A stretch of 57,320 bases of DNA from Moniliella sp. 'wahieum'. Lineage: Eukaryota. The DNA is taken from the NCBI GenBank assembly GCA_003971905.1, contig RSEE01000170.1, positions 1 to 57,320 of the forward strand. The letters are read 5' to 3'. Below the pieces are notes generated by a model. It was not told the origin of the DNA. It made no database searches and was given only the letters and a program-made list of their open reading frames with translations. This document shows positions 50,901-57,320 of the stretch, one piece after another. A program made the translations under genes and the position numbers. Position 1 is the stretch's first letter, and each line of letters begins with the position of its first letter.

Positions 50901-53042
50901 GAATACATAGCACGTAACGTGTAACGCGTAACGCGTAACGCGTAACATGCCCCAGCCCAACGTGGATACGTCCATCATCGCATCGATCATTGACCACCGT
51001 GCATCGACTCTCGATAATCGATAACAGCGCTCGATAACCAGATCGGATAAGCCAGCCTCCGTCCATGCACATGCAGCCCGTCCCCGTCTGGCCTGGCCCA
51101 GTCCCAGTCCTGCTCCTTTTTGCCCCTGCCTCCCCCGCTTGCACGCGGCCAATCGCCCCATAGTGACTAGTGATTTAGTCCTTAGGCCTTAGGCCTTAGT
51201 ACTTAGTGACGAGCTTGATTGTTGAACTGGTGACCAGTGGCCGGTGATCAGCGCTCAGCCTAAGCGCTCAGCGAGCTGAGCGCTGAGCGGAGACCACATT
51301 GGTTGGTGGCGCCCATCATCCACCCGACCCGAAATCATCGACATGCGCCAGCATCCATCACATGGTGCTTGATGTGATATCAGATCGAGGATGGCACACA
51401 GCATCCATGAATTGATCATTCAATATTCATCTGTCACATGCATGTCAGCGCTCATCACTTGTCGCTGCCCTTGCTTCTCCGACCCCCTCTGCCCCACCCC
51501 ACCCCACCCCGCTGGACTCAAGTGGGAATAGAAGGGTTGCAATCGGACGCGCAACAACGTAATTTTCGTACTAGTTGCTATGCGAGCTACAATGGCCACG
51601 CAGCGCGTTACAACACGATGCATGAAAAGAAAGCCCACGGTCATGCATCATGCAACTGAAGTTCAGGCTTAACACGTAATGCGTAACGCTTGGCGGCCTG
51701 AGTGAGGCACCCCGAGGCACCAGAAGGGCGGACGAGGAACGCCAGTACCTCAGCTGCCAACCGGACAGATCGCTGCTGGCACCGGATAAATACGTTGGTC
51801 CTAGGTGGGTCCTAGGTGCTGGGTCCTAGTGCTGGGTCCTAGGTGGCGGGACCTGGGACCTGGTGCCTGGTCGATATCCAGCGCCAGCCATCATGCATCA
51901 GTGCATCAGCGCCATCAGCGCATCCGCCCCAGCCACAATGGCCATGTGCCCAGCAGGCCCAAGCCTCCCCACGTACCACGAGGCACCTGGCCAGGGACAC
52001 TGGCCGCGGGGCTGTGTGCTGGGCGTGAGCGCTGTGCTGAGGCTGAGCCGACACAGACAGCCTTCTTTGTTCTTTGGATGCCTTATTTTTCCGGGCACAT
52101 GCTCACGATGACATGCATCACTCATCACGCACTGGTGGGCGAGAGGCATGGCGCAGGGGGGAAGCATCATGCATGTTGCTTTGCAGTGCACACTGTCCAG
52201 GCGGGGCGACCGGGCGATCGACGGCGGCTGAGAAAGATAAAGCACACGCTGCCCGGGTGCCTGGGTTGGCAGATAGCGGCTGAGCGGTGAGTGAAAACAG
52301 ATGATTCGATGATGCGTGCTTGCGGTGGTCCACCGGGCGCTGGTGCTGGGGAGCAGCCCACTGGGCACGTAGGCTTCAAGCTTCACGGCCTACGTACATT
52401 GTCCTCGTTCGTCGTGGGGGCACACGCCCAGTGTGCGCAGATGCACCTTGCTGGTCGGCGTCCTTTGCCGACCAGTGCGGGCTGGCTGCGCTGAGCAGTG
52501 AGACGCATGATGCATGATGCGCCAAGCATCGCGCCGCACGAGGCCACTTGCGGTGCATAGCCCACTGTGCTCGCAGCGCCTGGCAGGGCAGGGGCGCAGT
52601 GGTTTGGCCGAAGCATGCACCAGCTGGGTACGTGGCTTGCATTCTGGCGGCCACGACGGCTGTGTGACGAGAGTGATTGGATACTGCGGCCTGGTGCGGG
52701 GCGGCGCCCTGGCGGGGCAGCCCACCACTGCGCACCGCATCGGCCTCTTCTCTCGGGCAATGGGCCGCGTGAAGCTTGACGCGTGAAGCTGCCCGGCTGC
52801 GCCGCGGCTGCGTCCGCTGGGCCATCGTCACCCAAGTCGCCTGAGCGACTCCCAAGCTGCAGGCAGCCATCCGCCCAGGGCCTCACCGCTGACACCCCCC
52901 AGACCCAGCCAACCCAGCACTAGCCCGTGGGCACATCCCCGTCACCAAAAGGTACAAAAGCAGCCCCCTCGATCCGTCCTGCCCCTGGTTTTCTCTCCCC
53001 CACCCATCTGCCTTCCTCCCTCTTCCTCTCTTCCTCCTCACC

Positions 53043-53262
53043 ATGAAGTTCTCCTTCGCCGCCATCTTCGCCGTCGTCGCCGCCGTTGCCGTCTCGGCTG
53101 CCCCTGCGCCCGCTCCTGTGCCTGAGAAGGGTACGTTGTCCTTTCACCCCTCCCCAGCGCTATCCATCGGCGACGGGTCCTGTTGGTTACACCTGTTTTT
53201 TCTGAGGATGCTGACCTTTCCTCCCTCGTCCAGACATGTGGTGCCAGGGCTGCGCCCGCTAA
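53043..53262 (+). CDS. Small secreted peptide precursor, two exons, 38 aa: MKFSFAAIFAVVAAVAVSAAPAPAPVPEKDMWCQGCAR
   Basis: Kozak-like CACCATG after a CT-rich leader, a classical signal peptide, and an intron at 53131-53233 (GTACGT...GCTGAC...CAG). Exon 2 is in frame to TAA at 53260-53262. Confidence 0.7.
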
Positions 53263-54481
53263 AGGGCCAGACTCCATGACTCAGGCAGGCCGGTACCTTC
53301 TCATGGCATGCCCATCGTCGTAACCTTGGCCTGTGTCGAGTGCCTTCTTTTTTTTTCTCTCATCTTTGTGCATATCGTTGTGGGAACCGCTTGCCTGTAG
53401 GAACAGTGAGGCGTTCGCTGTCGCTGCTTAACGTTGATCTTAACGCCCATATTGTATCCCACGTCTTTTTGAAACGTCCCCCTGCACTGCTATTGTTGTG
53501 CCGTGGAACAGACACTTTACAACCTTGCGACGATCCGTCCGTCTTCAGCAGGTGGGTTGATGGGTTTGGAGAGTGGCAACGCGGTTACGAGGGAAGCCGA
53601 CGGTAGAGACGAGGCCGAGTGGCAGGACAGTTACTGAAGAGAAGGAGGTCCAGCGCAGGGCCTCGCGTGCAGCAGGAGTTGTCGGGTGAGTTGGTGTGCG
53701 AGGCGGCCCCGTTCCGCCTCTGTTCCGCCCCTGTTCCGCTCCTCCCTGTTGCCCCTCCGGGCTGCCTTCCCCTGACTGCATCACACGATCTCCCCTTTGC
53801 CTTGCTTGCTCGCCTCCCTACAGTTGGCTTAGTGCCCCTGAACTTACGGCACGAGCAAACCGGTCATGCTATCACCTCCACGTCCAAATAGAACTGCTTG
53901 TGCCAGCCACCATTACTACCGTCACAGTGACTGGTGAGGAGAAACGTGATGCATAGGACCTACACGCTAAGCTGGCTAGGTGTGCTGCTCCGTGAATCGT
54001 GTGCCAGTATGTCATAGCATATCATCTTTGGGTTTCTACGTGAGCGAAAAGACTCATGCTTGGTGGATGGATCTGAAAGCCGACGGACATGCGCATTTCA
54101 TCCCTGCACTCGCTGGCGTGAAAGAGCGCTGAGCGGCGAGTCTGCTTGGTTCCTAATTAAATGGTCGACCGTGTGGCGACTGCTCCCAAGTTCCTTGTCT
54201 GTCCCACTCTCTCTTCCTCAACTGCATTGTTGCCCTGCCAGTCTCTGTTGGTAAGCAATAGCTCTTGGTTTGCCCCGCGGTCCATTAGCTTCTTCACCTG
54301 CTGTCATCGTCAATCTAATGGCGGCACTCCGTCGTCGTTCCTCAACGCATACGGTACACTGGCAGCCCCTCAGTTGAGTTACGGCCACTGATCTCATACT
54401 ATTTCAGTCGCCACTAACCCCAGCTCGAGGTCGCCTCTCATAGCCTTCAGGACACATTGGGGAGGGGGGTCAAACTCGTGA

Positions 54482-54870
54482 CGCGTTTCGAAATAGTTAT
54501 CGTAACCAACTGAGACGCGGGGTTACTAAGCCCGACAGCCGGTCGACCCAGCCTCAGAGACGAGATATCTGCGTTTTCAGCCTTGGGCGATGACTATGAC
54601 CGCTTGCAGCTCGATGCGAAAACTGAGATCAGGCCCTTTCCGCATCCATACTATCATTGACAGAGCTTAAGGCTGGGACAGAGGGAACGCTACGTCTAAA
54701 CCGAACCGTTCATCTTGCGGGGATTACTTGGAAGCGCCACCAAGGTTAAGGAACCTAGACGTATGTTCAAAGATTCAATAGTCCCGAGGCGCATAGCAAT
54801 CGAGGCGGAGGTCATCGCATACGGGCTAGCCCGTATGCGATACCTCAATAGTCCTGAGGCCTATGACCTC
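54482..54870 (+). ncRNA. Candidate structured RNA or foldback element, family unknown
   Basis: No ORF in the track. A series of stems, several needing G-U pairs on the + strand, and a perfect 28-bp palindrome at 54814-54841. Confidence 0.3.
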
Positions 54871-54896
54871 TGACGTAGTCATCACCCGTCGACGCG

Positions 54897-55034
54897 TGTA
54901 TCCACCGCCGGCCAGCATGGCGCTGAGCTAATGAACATTGCACCCCTGTATCCACCTGCTGCGCGCGTGGCCGGTACCTAATGAACATTGCAAGCCTGTA
55001 TCCACCCGCGGCGCCGCGCTGTCCTTACCTAATG
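54897..55034. repeat. 50-bp-period array: 29-nt conserved unit with 21-22-nt variable spacers
   Basis: CTAATGAACATTGCA..CCTGTATCCACC at 54928-54956 and 54978-55006, with partial units at 54897-54906 and 55029-55034. Confidence 0.85.
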
Positions 55035-55254
55035 GGTGGCGCGCGGGCGTGCATGTTGGGGCGTAGATGTTGATGGGGGGGCGATGGGGGCTGGTACGCT
55101 GCCTTCTTGCCTCCATCCTCCCCTCCCTCGCAGCGTTCCCCGCGCCCCAAGGTGTGTTGCCTCGCTTCCCCTCCCATCTGTGCCTCCTTCCGCCGCTCTC
55201 AGGCGCCTTGCCGCGCCTTGGCTGCCCCTCCCCACGCCCGCACTGACCCACTTT

Positions 55255-56481
55255 GCTGTGCCTTCTGTCCAGCCCCTGCCCGCCATCCCGCCCCGCTTTC
55301 TCCCCTTCTTTGCCCTCTTTAACCCGCATGCCTGCCTCCCACGCACGCCCCAGCAATCCCCCCCTTTCCCTCGCCCATCCCCACCAGTCGCTCGGCCATC
55401 TCCGCCGTTCATTCGGCCATCGCCACCGTCGGGTCGGTCAACCGGAAACAGGGATGGTGCAAGGCATGGTGCATGGCGTTGTGCATGCCTGCTGGCCTCA
55501 CCATGGCGCCCTGGCCGTCCGTCGTCACTGGCTCGCCTGCCGCCAGCACCACCGCGCTTGAGTTGGCCTTCTGGGTGTTCGGCTTGCCCATCTTGATCCT
55601 CGTCTCGGCCCTCTCCCACTTTGCCTCGCCCGTGTCCAAGCAGACCGTGCAGCTCCCCATGCCGCTCCATGCCATTTCATTCCACCTTGCCTCATTCTGA
55701 CCCGCTCTTTCTCCAGACTCTTGCCCTCTCACCACGTCGCTCCTGGCCACGCATTGCCACGGTTGTGTCGCCCACCTCGGCCCTCGTTACGGCCATGCTC
55801 CAACGCTTGTGTCGACTCTGTCTTGCCTTCTGCCCACCGTCTCCAAGCCTGCACTCGTCATCCCCAAGCCTGCTCCTCGTTACCAAGCCTGTGCTCGCCA
55901 TCCCCAAGCCTGTGCTCGCCATCTCCACGCCTCTGCTCCCTGTCTTCAACACCAAGCATGTATAGGAACATAGCAATGCATACCATCATTCAGCCTACCT
56001 CTCCATGCACTCTAGTACATGCACTACAGAAGCATCCGGCCCTGTCATAGATGTTGAAGCGTACAATGACGACGACGGTCGTGGGTCTTTGAGGCCAACC
56101 TAACAACGACGTCCCCCTTTGTCAAGCGCATCATTGGATAGATGATCAACAGGCGTACCAGAGCAAGTATCAACGGTGTTCCAACGAAACAACAGCATGA
56201 CTTTCGGACGGTATCAATGCCATCCTTAATGCAATTGCCGACTGTTTTGAGGAGCAAATGTACATTGTTGAGGCATGCAAACTAGGAGTATACCAGCCAC
56301 TTGCGTACATGTTTCGATGCACCATCCAACGAACATTATTCAAGTTTGCGCTGGCAATCATATGACGTTTAACAGCTCATCTCCAACGGTGTAACAACGA
56401 ATCGTAATGATGTTTGCAGGCAGTATGACCGACTTGGCTGCATGTTCAACACGGTACTGTCACCAACGTTGGCACTTCATC
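55255..56481 (+). repeat. Dispersed degenerate repeat, copy B (3'-truncated relative to copy A)
   Basis: Collinear with 23960-25503. Homology ends abruptly at ~56481. Confidence 0.9.
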
Positions 56482-56849
56482 CTAGACATATTCCCAACTC
56501 CCGAGGGATGTCACGGGACTGGCTGGATGTGACGAGGTCCCTCATATACATCTAGATGTATCAGAGGGATCCCACCTGATGTATTCCAGGGTATTTTTGG
56601 CCGTGCCGTCACGACCCCCGCGCATCCGGTGACCACCCACCGGTGACCAGCATTAATTAAATAGCAACGCCGCCGCCCGCTGCCCGCCGCGACCACCACC
56701 ACCACCACCCGGAAGGCCGTCCCCAGCACCTACCACCACCACCCAACGCAAAAATATTTTTTTTCAGCACACCTCCTGATCTACCTGGCAGACACCATAT
56801 TCGGTGTCCTTTGGGGCGTAGCCCAACATGATGTAGTACTCGGTCCTGA

Positions 56850-57124
56850 GCCATCGGAGGGTGGGTGTTGTGGGTCGGGGTGGGTAGGGTTAGGGATGGT
56901 GGGTGTAACTTCTCAACGGTGCGTCCAATGGAAAAACGGAGGCCATATGCTGCAACGAGCGGACGATTCGTAGCGAGCTATCGTCGAGGCCATCGGAGGG
57001 TGGGTGTTGTGGGTCGGGGTGGGTAGGGTTAGGGATGGGTGGGTGTAACTTTTGAACGGTGGGTCGGATGGCGAATCTGAGGCCATATGCTGCATAGAGC
57101 GGACGATTTTAAGCGAGCTATCGC
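56850..57124. repeat. Subtelomeric 139-bp tandem duplication with internal TAGGGTTAGGG
   Basis: Units start with CCATCGGAGGG at 56851 and 56990. Telomere-like 11-mers at 56885-56895 and 57024-57034. Confidence 0.92.
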
Positions 57125-57297
57125 CTCGGCATAACTCTCTCCCCTTCGGGTAGCTCGCTATCTACCCTCGGCATAACTCTCTCCCCTTCGGGTAGCTCGC
57201 TATCTACCCTCGGCATAACTCTCTCCCCTTCGGGTAGCTCGCTATCTACCCTCGCATAACTCTCTCCCCTTCGGGTAGCTCGCTATCTACCCTCGGC
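57125..57297. repeat. Telomere-adjacent 42-bp tandem repeat, 4 units plus a partial unit
   Basis: CTCGGCATAACTCTCTCCCCTTCGGGTAGCTCGCTATCTACC at 57125, 57167, 57209 and 57251 (1-nt deletion), partial at 57292. Confidence 0.97.
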
Positions 57298-57304
57298 CCT
57301 CCCC

Positions 57305-57320
57305 TAGGGTTAGGGTTAGG
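57305..57320 (+). repeat. Telomeric repeat (TTAGGG)n at the sequence end
   Basis: TAGGGTTAGGGTTAGG with the G-rich strand running 5'->3' toward the end. Only ~2.5 units are visible. Confidence 0.8.

Noticed and set aside
54411..54425. CTAACCC as a possible telomerase RNA template upstream of the structured segment
   Set aside because: Only 7 nt and followed by CAG rather than TAA, so it lacks the ~1.5-repeat template. Expected by chance.
54608..54781. Resemblance to reverse-complemented 5.8S rRNA (GTTCAAAGATTC; TCGATGCGA...GAGATC) and to group I intron core words (TTGCGGGGA, GCTTAAG)
   Set aside because: The short matches are in the wrong order or on mixed strands, and the intervening conserved sequence is missing.
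54826..54845. AGCCCGTATGCGAT resembles the 5' arm of group II intron domain V
   Set aside because: No GNRA loop or downstream 3' arm with the catalytic bulge. The complement lies upstream as part of a perfect palindrome.
54897..55034. CRISPR array call for the repeat-spacer pattern
   Set aside because: Eukaryotic context, no cas genes, only two full repeats, and spacers that are short and compositionally alike. Kept only as an unexplained array.
56463..56485. Possible Helitron 3' end (CCAACGTTGG hairpin then CTAG) at the end of repeat copy B
   Set aside because: The hairpin is short and not conserved in copy A, and CTAG is followed by A rather than the expected T.

Overview
This window is the last ~57 kb of a GC-rich fungal chromosome arm, ending in TTAGGG telomere repeats at 57305-57320. 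The H3 C-terminus ([15 protein letters not shown]) and GTACGT/GTGAGT introns suggest a basidiomycete. Almost every gene is broken by 1-2 nt deletions in homopolymer runs. Histone H3, for example, is exactly 6 nt short at four runs, so this is very probably an unpolished long-read assembly and gene coordinates are approximate spans. Recognisable genes are a poly-QA C2H2 transcription factor, an OPT oligopeptide transporter, a full-length ABCA transporter, an MDR/zinc-type dehydrogenase, a C2H2+Zn2Cys6 transcription factor, a Cyp40-type cyclophilin, a Gbp2/hnRNP-M-like RRM protein, ATE1, a GH15 glucoamylase and a solitary variant histone H3. There is also a two-exon 38-aa secreted peptide precursor that the ORF track reads only through its intron. 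A ~13 kb gene-poor zone (18.3-31.5 kb) holds an Hsp70 pseudogene, a degenerate ~80-bp tandem array and a decayed ~1.5 kb repeat that recurs next to the telomere. The last 3 kb are modular: a hairpin-dense segment, a 50-bp repeat/variable-spacer mini-array, the repeat copy, a 139-bp duplication with internal TTAGGG, 42-bp repeats and the telomere. Intergenic DNA is strikingly rich in 7-nt-period microsatellites, many with palindromic cores.
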